Notes under the pieces: model-generated
Databases searched by the model: none
What the model saw: only the letters and a program-made list of their open reading frames with translations
What the model was told of the DNA's origin: nothing
Assembly: GCA_964016885.1 (NCBI GenBank)
Contig: OZ024741.1
Coordinates: forward strand, 35,216,001-35,280,000
Length of the DNA stretch: 64,000 nucleotides
DNA from: Eledone cirrhosa
Lineage: Eukaryota
Direction: 5' to 3'
Program-made: the position numbers and the translations under genes
Shown here: piece by piece, positions 38,701-58,319 of the stretch
Numbering within the stretch: the first letter of the stretch is position 1
Layout: each line of letters begins with the position of its first letter

Positions 38701-38907
38701 ATGTGTGCGTGTGTATGTGTTTGTATGTCGGTGTGTGTGTGTGTGTTTGTATGTGTGTGTGTGTGTATGCGTGTGTGAGTGTGTATGTCGATGTGTATGT
38801 GTGTGAGTGTTTGTATGTGTGTGTGTGCGTGCGCGTGTGTGAGTGTGTATGTTGATGTGCATGTGTGTGTGTCAGTGTGTGAGTGTTTGTATGTGTGTGT
38901 GTGTGTT

Positions 38908-38946
<39 letters not shown>

Positions 38947-38947
38947 A
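38623..38947. repeat. Imperfect (GT)n microsatellite
   Basis: Direct reading. Confidence 0.9.
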
Positions 38948-39619
38948 GTTGTGGATAAGTTTAGACTCAGTTCAAACTGTAAATCCAGGAAATTCAAAAA
39001 TATGACATTTTATTTAGAATATTTAGATTATTTAGAATATCATGATAAAAAGGAAAAGAAAATAACAGAAAAAGAGGGAGAAATAGGTAGAGTCCAGCCT
39101 AGGCTGGCTGGTGTATCTCAGCTGTGACCCATGGATAAAATTACAAAAGCATTGACGTAGGAAAGAGCCAACCTTACCCACTGCATCAGCCATTCATGGG
39201 GTTCCTCCCTCAGGCATGATGTCCTCCTCTTGATTTAACAGAAGAAAATGTCTGGGGCCAAAAGAAATTGTTAAAAATTATGTGTAACAAGAAGAAAAGA
39301 AATGTTAGAACAATGGTTCTTAACTGAGGGAAGGGGTTATGCTCCATAGCCCACCATAACACTTCAGAACATTTGATGTCCTCCTCAATATAAAAACATA
39401 TTTGGTGTAAATTGTATATATCATTATTTTGTTGTATGTATAGTTTGTGCCTTCGGTCGGTTCTCTTGGTGTCACGTTTTATAAGTACGGTGTTTAACTC
39501 TGGACTATATGTTTGTTTTTAACTTTTGGTCCATTCAGTGCTCTGTGATTGCTTCAAAACAAATCGAATTGTACTTGCTGTACTGCAGCTAAAGTTTGAT
39601 TTACAAATATAATATATAT

Positions 39620-39654
<35 letters not shown>

Positions 39655-40249
39655 ATATATATATATATATATACATATATGTATATATATATATATATAT
39701 ATATAAGTGATATGAAGGACATTCAGCTGTAGAAAACCTGCCAAACAAAACGTCAGAAGGAATCTTGAGCTGTGTCAAAGACATAACAATTTCCCTAGCG
39801 ATGGTGCTATGATAAAATACATTCAGTAGAGCATGAGAACATTTTGTCAGCGAGATGCAGGCCCCTGGTCTATCTGAGCACCCAGTTGTGTGCATGAACG
39901 TGAGATGTCAGTAGCTCTGCTTGAGTACAAACTCAGTCTGTGATGACTTTTCTAACCTTTGATAGCAGGGAAAACAGACATTGAATAATGAGACCAATGA
40001 TATATGTATATTAAACAGTATGATGCCTGCATGTGAATGGCAATGCTTCATAACAGTGAGACATGGGCTTTGACTGTAGAAGACCTTGTAGGTGAGAAAG
40101 AAATGAAGTAGATATGTTCTGTTGGATGTGTAAGGCTGTGTGTAATGTTAAATTTCTGAGGCAATTTAATCAAATCAAAAGACAAGGGAACAGACAAAAA
40201 TGATATTTTCATAGCCGACATCTGTTCCCTTGTGAATTACATAATGATA

Positions 40250-40328
40250 CTGTCTGATGAGATCATGTGGCTGGTTACTTAACTGAACAATCACATAGCC
40301 ACAATTGTCATTGAAATATGTATCACAG
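40250..40328 (+). ncRNA. Type I hammerhead ribozyme motif, partly decayed
   Basis: CTGT-CTGATGA-[GATCA TGTGGCT...AGCCACA ATTGTCATT]-GAAA-TATGTA-TC-ACAG. Confidence 0.6.
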
Positions 40329-40664
40329 CTTTGTTGATAAACGACTCTTTAACATCTACACTGAACTTTGCATTTCCCCTATTCTATATATATATATATA
40401 TATATATATACACTATATTGTATGAAATACATAGCAAACTAGTGTTTACCTTCTTGGGTATTCCAAGTTTCCAAAAGCAAATTGATTACATATTGAGGGC
40501 TCTTTCTTTACTGATAACTACCATGCATTCAGGCCACACACACACACACACACACATGCACACAAACATACATGCACCTCCTGAAGCCCAACACATCGAA
40601 CTAATGAGACTGTTTGTACTGCTGTTTTGTTGTTTCTTTGAACTATATATACATATCATCATCA

Positions 40665-41069
40665 TCATCATCATCAACGTTTAACGTCCGTGTTCCACGC
40701 TTGCATGGGTTTGGACGGGGGTAGTCCCACTTGAGGCAAGAGTGATTGTCTTGCTCGCATAGGACTGTCTGGCAGGTTTTCTACAGTTGGATGCCCTTCC
40801 TAACACCAACCACATTTACAGTGTGGGTCTGGGAGGTTTTTACCGTGTTGCCTACACGGCCACATTACAGTGTGGACTGTGTGTTTTTTTTGTCGTGACA
40901 CCTACACGATCTCATTTGTTTCGGCCTGGATGTTGTGGCACCAACATAACTTTACATAGAACGGGGTGGTGTGGATGGGGTGGGGGTGGTGGTGGTGGGA
41001 CGGGGTGTATTTTGTTAGAGATGCCTACTGGCTGGAGTAGGTTTTACTATATATTTAGGTAAGGCGGGT

Positions 41070-41161
<92 letters not shown>

Positions 41162-41475
41162 CATCATCATCATCACCGTTTTACGTCCGTTATCCATGCT
41201 AGCATGGGTTAGACGGGTTGTCCTGTTGTGGGCAGTGTCTGGTCGGCTGACCATGCCTTGCTCATACAGGAACTGATTTTGGCTTGATTTCTACAGCTGG
41301 ATGCCCTTCTCAACACCAACCTCATTTACAGTGAGTGCTGGGTGCTTTTTCCGTGGCGCCTGCACGTCCACTTTACAGTGTGGGCTGGGTGCTTTTTTGC
41401 CATGGCACCTCCACGACCACCTTGCAGTGGGAGGGTGTGAGGGCATATTGTCCATATGCTTCAGCTTGAACCCAT
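40665..41475 (-). mobile_element. Two RTE 3' UTR fragments with (GAT)n tails, separated by (TA)n
   Basis: 40665-41072 matches 34775-35157; 41163-41475 matches 9627-9945. Confidence 0.75.
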
Positions 41476-43414
41476 ATACATATATACATATATACATGCA
41501 TGTATAGTGTGAATGTGTGTGAGTGTGTATGTGTGGGAGTGTGTATGTGTATCTGTAAGTGTGTGTCTCTAATTTTAGTTAACCATTCACATTTTCTTGG
41601 TAATTATATCATGATGATAAAAATGTCCTATGTCCCAAATCCTCATTGTTAGTTGAAAAGGAAGAAAGACAAGACAACAACCAAACAAACCAATCAACAG
41701 TTATTTCGTTAATTAATCACGTGAATATTCACAATTGTCATATCAATAATTTATTTCTCTTTTTTTTTTTCGCTTAGTTATTATTTCTATTATATTTTTT
41801 TCTGTTTAGTTTTATTTCTTGATCTTTGGAGGATAAAGTTCTTTGGACAATAATACACAGACATGTATTTTACAAGGTGTGACCACACTGCTAACTAATT
41901 TCTTCGACTGGCCAGAACATGCACCAACAAATACAATATGACAAATGGCAGGCAATCTTCTAATAAACACGACTGCAGTTCATCTGATCTTAATCCTGTT
42001 TTTTAGATTATATATCATTGGGTTGGAATGGAACCTAGTCCTGTTCTTTTGTTCATTTATCCATTTGTTCGTTAACTTTCTTCTTCTTTTTTTTCTTCTT
42101 CGTCTCCCCCCTCCCCTTTTTCTTCTCTTTCTCCCCCCATTCTTCTTCTTCTTCTTCTTCTTCTTCTTCTTCCCCCCCCCTTCTTGTTCTTCCCCCTTCC
42201 ACTCTTCATCACCCCCCTCTACCTCCTCTGCCCCCCTTCTCTTTTGCATTTCTTTTTCTTCATATCTTTGTGGGGTAGGGGGGTAGGAAGGAGGAAGGGG
42301 TGTAATTATTTCTAATTACATCCATCCGTTTAGCTAAATGCCATTTGCTTAATCAAACCAACATTTCCATCATTTAAGAAGCATAAGTATTATTGGGAAT
42401 CATTTCTGGTCAGTTGCAGCTATCAATTCACCAAAGACACTATCTTCATGGCAACAGCTAAATCTTTTAGTGCTTTTGGTACCTTTATTGGTTGTAGTAT
42501 TAGCATTAGTAGTAGTAGTAGTATTAGTAGTGGCAGTAATAATTTTATACCTTTTTCAATAGATTGACGAAAACTTAAGGGGAAAAGAAAAATAACAAAA
42601 AAAAACAAAACAAACAAACAAACAAAAGCAGAATAATAATTAGACAAAATTTGGAAGTTTCTTTAAGTGATGACCATGGAATTTCTTGAAGATTAAGCTT
42701 GTTTTATTTTTAACTTTTGCCTGTTTTCTTTCTGTTTTCTGCTCTCTTTTCTGGTTTCATCCTGCCTTCCTAAAATTTTCGTCACCATTTTTATTTCTAA
42801 ATACTCACCAAGAAGGAATGTAAGAAAAAATAACAAAAAAAAAAGCAAAAAGCAACAACAACAAAAATAAACCACAAAAGCCCCCCTCCCACCAAAAAAA
42901 AGAAGAAAAATAGTGAGAAGAAAACAACAGACATTAATTTTAAAAAAAATTAAAAAAAGGGATATTATTGACCATTCAATGCAATATAATTTGTGTATTA
43001 TTCAGAAGAAAATAAACATCTCCGATAATAAGACCAGGAACAAACCAGTTTTAAAAATTTAATGTTTTATAGGGAAAAATAAAACAAAGAAAGAATCTAA
43101 ATTCTCTCAAAGTTTTCAGCATTTTAATGGAAAAATGAGATTAAACAAAAGAAGGTAAATAAAAAGTAAACGAACAAAAAAAGAAAACGTTTACAGACAA
43201 CAAAGAGATAACCAGGAATAAAAACAAGAAGAAAGACAACAACCAAATATAAAGATATAAGGTGAAAGAAAAAGAAATAAGAATAAGAAGAATCGTCAGA
43301 ATTAAAGCAATAAGTATAAATAACAATAATAATAATAACAACAACAGTAGTCATAATAAATAATATCCCATCCCTCCTCCACCCAAAACCCTTTCCTGAA
43401 CAACTAAACCAGAC

Positions 43415-43623
43415 ATGAAATCGTTGAACATTGTGTATTCGGTAATATTCTTCCTTTCGGTGCTTTCTTCGACTTGTTATGGCCACAGGAAATATAAGAT
43501 TGGTTTGCTGATCCCTCGCCATGGCTACCTCTCTACTTTCGGATGGACGACCAGTGTAGGTGCCATCACAATGGCCATTGAAACTATAGAGAAAGACAAG
43601 ATATTACCTCCACAGTCTCTCAG
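43415..43623 (+). CDS. First coding exon of a receptor guanylyl cyclase / natriuretic peptide receptor-like protein (signal peptide + start of ANF-receptor-type ligand-binding domain)
   Basis: Hydrophobic leader MKSLNIVYSVIFFLSVLSSTCYG, then KIGLLIP...GWTTSVGAITMAIETI...ILP; canonical donor AG|GTAAGG at 43623/43624. No later exon recognised in the window. Confidence 0.75.
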
Positions 43624-45352
43624 GTAAGGTTTCATGCTAACCACTGTTTTCTACTCACTGTAATAAATGCTCACTTAACAGTCAAACTGTTTAACCTTCT
43701 GATATTTCTATCTATCATTTCATACTGTTCCTTCTCTGTCTTTTTATATATACAGATCTTATAAACTCATATAAGCTCCTGAAGATAGGTCTCACAATTT
43801 GGATCCCTCTTTTATTAGAAAATAAAATTTACACACTACCCCACTAGCATTGAGTACTCAGTTAATGTTTGAATGTTTTGAAATCTCTGATATTTTAAGC
43901 ACACTTTCGAATCTATATTATAATAAGAGTGCTGTCTGTTTGTCCATCTGTCAGTTTGTCTGTCTGTCATGCTCACTTTATATAGAGAGCCAAGTAAGAG
44001 ATATGTACATAGAGAGAGAAAAGAGAACATCATGTGTTTTCAAGGTGACAAAAAGAGGTAGATAGACAGAAAGTTACGTCACCCTCATCTATATAGAGAG
44101 GGGGAATGTCAAGTGAAAGAGATGTACATAAATAGAGAGAAAAAAGGAATGTTGTTTGTTTAGAAAGAGAGAGAGAGAGAGCGTGTGTGTGTGTTGTGTG
44201 TGTGTTGTGTGTGTGTGTGTGTGTGTTGTGTGTGTGTGTGTGTGTGTTGTGTGTGTGTGTGTGACAGAAAGAGAGAGAAGTTGACACCCTCACCTTGTAT
44301 GTACACACACACACATACATATATATATGTATAGACATACATATACTTGTTGAAATATTAAAGACTTTGGAGGGATTTCAAATATAACTAACTTTCTCAT
44401 TATTAAAGCGATGTTTGGATATAACAAAAGTTCTAACATGACAAGGGTTTTAGATAAGCATAAACAACTTAAAATAAACAGTTTGGAATTGTAGAATTAG
44501 AGGCAGTTTCAGATAGGATGATATCAAAAGGGTGATATGATTATTTTTCTTTAAATTTAATTTGTTATAGTACCTTCAGCAATTCTCCAAAAATCACAGA
44601 ACCCATACCTATATTAGACAAGCATTCTCCTCTACTCTGATTTTAATAAGACATTAAATGAAACAAAAATTGTTTTAGAGAAAGAATTTTTCATATAAAA
44701 AATGTAATAAATTTTTTATTAAATTCTATTAAAAGACACCTTATGTCATTGAATCTACTTTGGGAAACATTGATCTACACCAACAACAAAACATTCCTGT
44801 ATATTTATTTCATAGTATCTAATTTAAGTCCTCACATCTGAGATTATTACTCTGTAAAAGAACTTGTAGAGCAACAGATAAAATGCCATTGAAGTACTTA
44901 TCCTGGCTCTTTACATTCTGAGTCAAAATCCTGTTATGGTCAACTTTACCTTTCACCCTTCGGGGTCGATAAAATAAAGTAGTACCAATCAAGTACTGAA
45001 ATTGAGTTAGTCAACTTTGCCCCTCCCTCAAAATTGCTAGCCTTGTGCTAAAATCAGAAATCAATTTTAGGCACAATACCAGCAATTTTTCAGGGTATAG
45101 GAAAATCAATTCCATTCATTTCAGTACAAATACTGCAAGGTATTTGTATCATATGCTCTAGTGACTGTGCCAATACATTGCTCTAAGTACTGTGTAGCCA
45201 TAATTTTGTAAAAGATGGGGTAATAGGCATTTGAATTGACTCCATTGCCTGACTGGTATCTATTTCAACAACCCAAGGGAGAAATCAAAAGGCAATGTCA
45301 AGTGTGGTGGGATTTGAGAACATAGAAGGATATAATTATATTAATCATTAAT

Positions 45353-45693
45353 GGAGGCACATGGCTTAGTGGTTAGAGCATTGGCCTTGCAATCGAAAGG
45401 TTGTGAGTTCAATTCTCAGACCGGGTGATGTGTTGTTTCCTTGAGCAAGACACTTTATTTCACATTGCTCCAGTTTACTCAGCTGTAGAAATGAGATGAT
45501 AGGGACTGGGGTCCATATCATCCCACTGCAAAGTGGTCGTGGAGGTGCCACTGCAAAAAAGCACCCAGCCCACACTGTAAATGAGGTTGGTGTTAGGAAG
45601 GGCATCCAGCTGTAGAAATCAAGCTAGAATCAGTTCCCATCCCACCCTTGCAAGCAGGGAAAAGTGGACGTAAAATGATGATGATGATGATGA
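45353..45693 (+). mobile_element. tRNA-headed, CORE-like SINE with RTE-derived 3' tail, family B
   Basis: A box TGGCTTAGTGG, B box GAGTTCAATTC, CCTTGAGCAAGACACTT core, tail TTAGGAAGGGCATCCAGCTGTAGAAA..GGACGTAAAATGATGATG shared with RTE LINE ends. Confidence 0.8.
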
Positions 45694-46042
45694 TAATCAA
45701 TTAAATTGGTTGACAAGATCCTAGACATCATTCGCTTATTGTGTGGAATGGAACTCATCAAATCTGACCAAGAAAACAATGTTTCCGTTGGTCTTTCCAT
45801 TGCTGATTCTATCTATTGGTTGCAGCTTCTGGCAGAAAGAACAACTTGAAATAAAATGCTTTGCTTAAGGACATAATGCACTATCCAGTCTGGGAATCAA
45901 ACTCAAACTACTGATTGCAAATCCAATTCTCTAACCACTAAGTCACACACAAGGAAATTAATCTAGCACTCTGCTATTTGGCAATCCTCAGTCTGGCACT
46001 CTGGGCACTCTGTTATTTCTGTCAACTGCAACAAGTTAAGTA

Positions 46043-46480
46043 CTCTTTGGTCTCAAATAATCATGCCTCCCCAACTGCTTATTAATTTTTCAGATTTTTC
46101 CAACCACCCCCACTCTTATCCCCTCCCTGCACTTATATTTTGCTAATCTCTCTCCGGTGAAATTATATTTTAAGTGGTAGCATTCCTGCAAGAATTAATT
46201 TTCTTTAGACATTAAAAAACATTATACATGACCCCAAAAAGTACATTACAAGAAATCCCATACATTATAAAATGAATAGGATGGGTTGGGGGTCTCAATA
46301 TGTAAACTAAATGACTAATTCTGTTTTTTTTAAAAATAAATCAACATCGACGACCTAGAAAAATTACTCCCCCCCCCGTTTATTCTCCCCCTCACTTACT
46401 CCAACTCCCCCGCGCATCCCCCCCCGTTTAATCCCCCCTGCTTATTCCACCCCACCCCACTATTATTTGGGAGCCGAGAG
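46043..46480. mobile_element. Non-autonomous DNA transposon (TA TSD, Tc1/mariner-type)
   Basis: TA|CTCTTTGGTCTCAAATAAT ... ATTATTTGGGAGCCGAGAG|TA. Confidence 0.55.
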
Positions 46481-47078
46481 TACATATATGATTGTTCCTC
46501 CATTGGTTTTAACAATGAGCATTCAGTTGTTTGGTCAACTGAATGTCCAACTGAATTAAAGTGTATGCGGCAGAGTATCTCACAGACACATGTACTCCTA
46601 ATGTAATTCTCAGACAGAATCAGTGTGAAACAATATACATGACAAAGCTGGACCTTTGAATTACATCCATCTGATGGGCTACCACACAGTTTCCATTTAG
46701 CCAAATTCACTCACAAAACTTGGCTTTAACTCAAGGCCAGGATAAAGACAGTTGCCAAAGATGTCACACAGTGGGACTGAAAGGCCCCTGACCTCATGAT
46801 TGTGAAGTGAACATCTTAACCACTCAGTCATGCCAATGTTCTAAGTACATATAATAAGTAATTGGATCACCAACACTTCACAAACATTTGGACAGATATC
46901 CTGTTAAAAGCAAACCATGAAAATAAGCTGTGTCTATTGAATGTAACACATCTATTAGAAACTTCAAACTGGAATTTTACTTAAGTGGAATAGTTTTGCA
47001 GCAGTTGACAGGGAACTTTAGTACATTCTTCTTAACCTACCTACATATCTATCTATCTATCTATCTATTTAAGGAGTA

Positions 47079-47277
47079 AAAATTCTTCGTACTCCTGGAG
47101 ATGAGGGTTGCACATTTTTTTCGGGGGTATGTGTTACCCTTATGTAATCTCTCCCCCTATTGGGGGAAATCGACGCATTTGTGATAATATTTTACATTTT
47201 TATTGTATGTAAACTTCCACCTTTGTATTTGTCCCCTTCTTTTGTGCCTCTGTGGCTAATAAAGAAACATATCTATT
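47079..47277 (+). mobile_element. Solo 3' UTR of the Tx1-like LINE
   Basis: Diverged direct repeat of 50174-50384, ending AATAAAGAAACATATCTAT. Confidence 0.8.
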
Positions 47278-47312
47278 TACTTCTCCTCTTCTTTTAACTT
47301 TTCAGAACCAAC

Positions 47313-50300
47313 ATGCCCAATATAAGAGTTGGATGTGTGAATGTACGCGGCCTGGGGATGCCCTGGAAACAGGGCAAACTCTTAAACAACCTCAGGTCGC
47401 ACACTATGGATGTAGTAGCCATTTGCGAGTCCAGGATCCACAGCGAGCGACAGCTGGCCCCCATATTTGATGACTTTGAGATCTACGCATCTCTCTGTCA
47501 GCCTGGGGGTGGGGGCGGGGTTGCCGTTTTGCTGCGGAAACACCTGGGCCTCGTAACACAGACGTACATCTGGACCCGGAGGGTCGACTGGTGGTCCTAA
47601 ACGTTGACGGTAGTGAAGGTGGAACCTTCAGGCTGGTGGCCGCATATGCTCCATCCGGGACACCGCGGCCAGACTTCTTCAAACGTCTAGAGACTTTTCT
47701 GGGAACGTCCCGCTCCTTGCTTTTAGTGGGGGACTGGAATGGAATCCTAGATGCACGTTCGGACTATGTGGGAGCATGTCCCGATAAAGGGGGATGTAAC
47801 AGCCTCAAACAGTTAATCGGCCGATTTGACCTGGCCAATAGATATGGACTAGATTTTCCGACTGTGCCACTGTGGACGTGGACTAATCTTAGCGGAACAT
47901 CTAGATCGTACCTAGATAGGGTTCTAGTTAGAAATAAGGATAGGGACATGTTAAGATGTCCACAAATGTTCATGGTTACCTATTCAGATCACAAACTAGT
48001 GACCTGCATGGTCAACCTTGATAGAACCATAGACAAGGACCCGGCTAGTGGAAGCTGAACTTGTCGTTACCGACATGCAAAGCCTACAGTAGACGGATTA
48101 GCACTTTAGTTAAACAGCACTTGACAGGGGCCATTGTGGTGGTACTCTCTCAAGAGGGCAGTTAGATTAGACTCGTTAGTTTTTAGTAAAGAATTAGCGT
48201 TATATAGAAATAGTACCGAGAAGGAACTGGTAGATAAAGTAGAAGAGGCAATTAGAAGTGGCAACGAAGCCAGCGTGCTAGCAACGAGAACGGCCTTGGA
48301 CCAGTTCTTCGACGCAAAGCACGAGGGCTGCATTGTCAGAAGCAAAATACGTGCTCTGGGAAACGAGGGAGCCAAAGCTGTTAGCTGAGCCCGAGTGACG
48401 GAGGCAAAAAGTGGCAACAAGTCCACAATTCGGTCTTTGAAGGACCAAGACGGACGCGTGATACTTGAGGGGCTATGGATTTCGGTCCATACCTCGACAG
48501 CCTACCGCGACTCTCGGACAGCGAGGTGAAGTTCTGCGAAAAGCCGATTTCAGCCGCTGAGATAAGGGACGCGCTGAGCCAATGCAGCAAACGCAAATCT
48601 CCAGGTCTCGACGGTCTACCCTACGAATTTTACGTAGCAATGCCGGACTTATTCTCCGGTCTATTGGAAGCGGTCTACTGCAACTGGCAGCAGAACGGGA
48701 GAATTCCCAGTTCTGTGACCGGGGGCGTAGTCACACTAGTCAGGAAGGACGAGAATAAGGGGGATGACATAGGCAACTTCCGGCCCATAACTCTGCTAAA
48801 CACAAAGTTACAGATTTTGGCCAAGGTGTTGGCAAAGAGGCTGGCGCTTGTCGTCGAGAACCTGGTGGGAGAAGCACAGACATGCGCAATCCCGAGCAGG
48901 TCCATACGCGACAACCTCCACCTCATGCGATACATCATAGAGAGGGTAGGGTGTAAACCCGGCTTCGGTGAGGCCCTGATCAACTTGGATCAGTCTAAGG
49001 CTTTCGATAGGGTTCACCATCGTTACCTGAATGCGGTGCTCGAGGCGGCAGGCTTCGGACCCGTGTTCAGGGGCTGGATTGCTGCAATGCACAACAGCAA
49101 CATAAGCTCAAGGGTCAATGTGAACGGCTACCTCTTGGAGCCCTTCCATATCACGCGATCCATTCGACAAAGATGCCCTCTCTCCTCCCTTCTGTACGTA
49201 CTGACTCTCGAGCCACTACTGCGGAAGTTGGAGCTATTGCAGGGCATCCATCTGGAACCGGGACTGCGGAAAGCGGCGTCGGCGTAAGCCGACGCCGTGA
49301 CAGTAATGGTGTCGAGCGCCTCGCAAATCGAGGAAGTCGGCAACTTATTGAAGGAATACGAAAGGTTCACAGGAGCGAAGCTGAACCGGGACAAGTCCAT
49401 CGGTTTGCAACTCAGATCGTGGAGAGGCAGACCGATGCCTTCCGATGGCGTCGTCAGACGCTGGACGGAAGGAACGGTAAAGCTGCTCGGGGTCTGGTTT
49501 GGTCCGGACCGCCAGGTGGAGAAGAACTGGAACGAGGTGACGGCCAATGTGTTTGCACTCACTCAGACAGAAGTGGGCCGAGTGCAAACTATCCTTGAAA
49601 GGTCGAGCGGAGGTGGCGAACACTTTTATAGCGTCCGCCATCTACTACCGCTTGACCGTCGTGCCTTGTCCAACCAAAACGCTCACCAAAATGGAGCGCG
49701 CGCTCTTCCAATTCCTTTGGAGGAGGCGGGCTCCTTTGGTGAGAAGATCCATCTGCTGCCAACACTCTTCCAACGGAGGGCTGGTGATGATGTGGCTGAC
49801 GATGCGCAAACACGCGCTCAGGCTTCGGCATCTCTACGTATTCATACACTGCCCGGGCGTTACCGACTATTATCGCGGGTGGGACCAATCCGGTTGACCA
49901 CCGAGTCCATTGTCATGATCAAACCGCCACCCTCCTTCAAAAACGAAGGAGAGGCGGTTTTCCTTTGTGTGATAGCTATGGCGAAAGAGGTTGTATGGTG
50001 GACAAGGTTGAAAGGGCTGAGGTCAGACACCTTTTTCTCCGGCCAACAACTGATTCTTTTTTTCAAATACCACTTTAGAAGAAGAATCAGGATGGAGAGA
50101 GAGGTGCTGTACCCCAGCAAGTTTTATATCAGCCTGTAGGTTGAGGAAAAAGAGGAGGAGAGGAAAGGGGTACAAACTCTTCGTACTCCTGGAGATGAGG
50201 GTTGCACATTTTTTCGGGGGTACGTATTACCCATATGTAATGTCTCCCCCTATTGGGGAAAATCGATTAACTTTTAAATTGTATTTGTGATAGTATTTTA

Positions 50301-50384
50301 CACGTTTTTATTGTATGTAAACTTCACTCTTTGTATTTGTCCCCTTCTTTTGTGCCCCTGTGGCTAATAAAGAAACATATCTAT
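47313..50384 (+). mobile_element. L1/Tx1-clade LINE ORF2 (APE + RT), disrupted, with 3' UTR
   Basis: CVNVRGL, GDWN, YLDRV, SDHK; KSPGLDGLPYEFY, NFRPITLLN, LDQSKAFDRV, RQRCPLS; YADD mutated to *ADA; frameshifts and deletions. Confidence 0.9.
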
Positions 50385-50423
50385 CTATTTATTTATCTAT
50401 CTGTCGCCCCCTCTCTCTCTTTG

Positions 50424-51747
<1,324 letters not shown>

Positions 51748-51749
<2 letters not shown>

Positions 51750-53065
51750 TCATCATCAATGTTTTATCTCTATTCTTCCATGCTAGCATGGGTTAGACAG
51801 GTTGTCCTGTTGTGGGCAATGCCAGGTCAGGTGACCATGTCTTACTCAATACAGAACTGATTTTGACTCGATTTTTACAGCTGGATGCCCTTTCTAATGC
51901 CAACCTCATGTACAGTGAGTACTGGATGCTTTTTACCGTTGCGCCTACATGACCATTTAGAGTGTGGACTGGGTGTTTTTTGTCATGACACCTACATGAT
52001 CCCTTTACAGTGGGTGGGGGTGGGGGTATACTGTCTATATGCTTCAGCTTCGGCTTGTATTTATGGGAAGTCAGGTCTTCTGTATTACAGGATAATGCCA
52101 GAGGTCTTGTTCCTGTGTCATCACCTTGGAGAGGTGCAATTGGGCAAGATCAGCTTTTATCACCTCATCCCAGGTTTTCTTGGATCTCCCCACTCCAAGG
52201 CTTCCATCGACTTTTAGTGCTCGGCACTTTTTTATGCAGCTGTCATACTTCATACACATCACATGTCCATACCAACTTAATCTCCTCTCCTGCACACAGC
52301 ATTTGATTCCTTTTATGTTTAGTCTCTCTCTCAATTCGTTTATGCTTTGCCATTCGCGTATATTACTATTACACATCCATCGGAGCATGCAAGCTTCATT
52401 TCTTTCTAATCTGTGCCAGTCTTCTGCACACAAGACTCAGGTCCCACTACCATGCAACATTGCTGTTCGTATGCATGCATCATATAGTTTACCGTTCATT
52501 TTGAAAGAAAAGCCTTTTGCAGCTAGCAGTAGTAGAAGCTCCCTCAAACCTCTTCCATCCCGTTCTTACCCTGGTTACTGTACTTTCAGAACACCCACCC
52601 CCACTGCTAATTCAGTCACCTAGGTTGCAGAAGCTGTCTACTGTTTCTACCAAGCCATCCCAGGATTTGGTAGTGCTTGTTTCCTGTGAAACTGCTACAT
52701 GTAAAGCCTACATTCTTATCTAAACTTCCTGAGATCCGACTACATCTCTTGTGTACCCATAGTTTGCATTTGGGGCAGAGGATGGAATTTCTACCTACAC
52801 ATTTCCTCCATACTGAGCAAGGCCATTTCCCTGAGGGGATCTGGGTTCTGTTTTCTCTTCTACTTACGAGGACCTTAGTCTTTGTCAGGTTGACTTTGAG
52901 ACTTGGAATTTCTTCTCTAGTTCCACCATAAATTCAGCTATAAGTGTAAGATCATCCATGTACAGAAGTTCCCATGGGCATCTGGTCTTAAACTCCTCTG
53001 TTATAGCCTGCAATATGATAATAAACAGGAGAGGGCTAAGAACAGAGCCTGGTGGACACCAACCT
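51748..53065 (-). mobile_element. RTE LINE 3' portion with (GAT)n tail
   Basis: Homologous to 9627-10990: ELLYMDDL, FCNLGD, RRLSWYGHV. Confidence 0.85.
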
Positions 53066-53080
53066 TTATATATATATATA

Positions 53081-58319
<5,239 letters not shown>

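Noticed and set aside
45353-45425. tRNA gene
   Set aside because: A and B boxes run into a SINE core and LINE-derived tail; it is a SINE head.
47079-50384. LTR retrotransposon reading of the ~200-bp direct repeats
   Set aside because: No TG..CA ends, PBS or integrase; interior is an APE-RT LINE.
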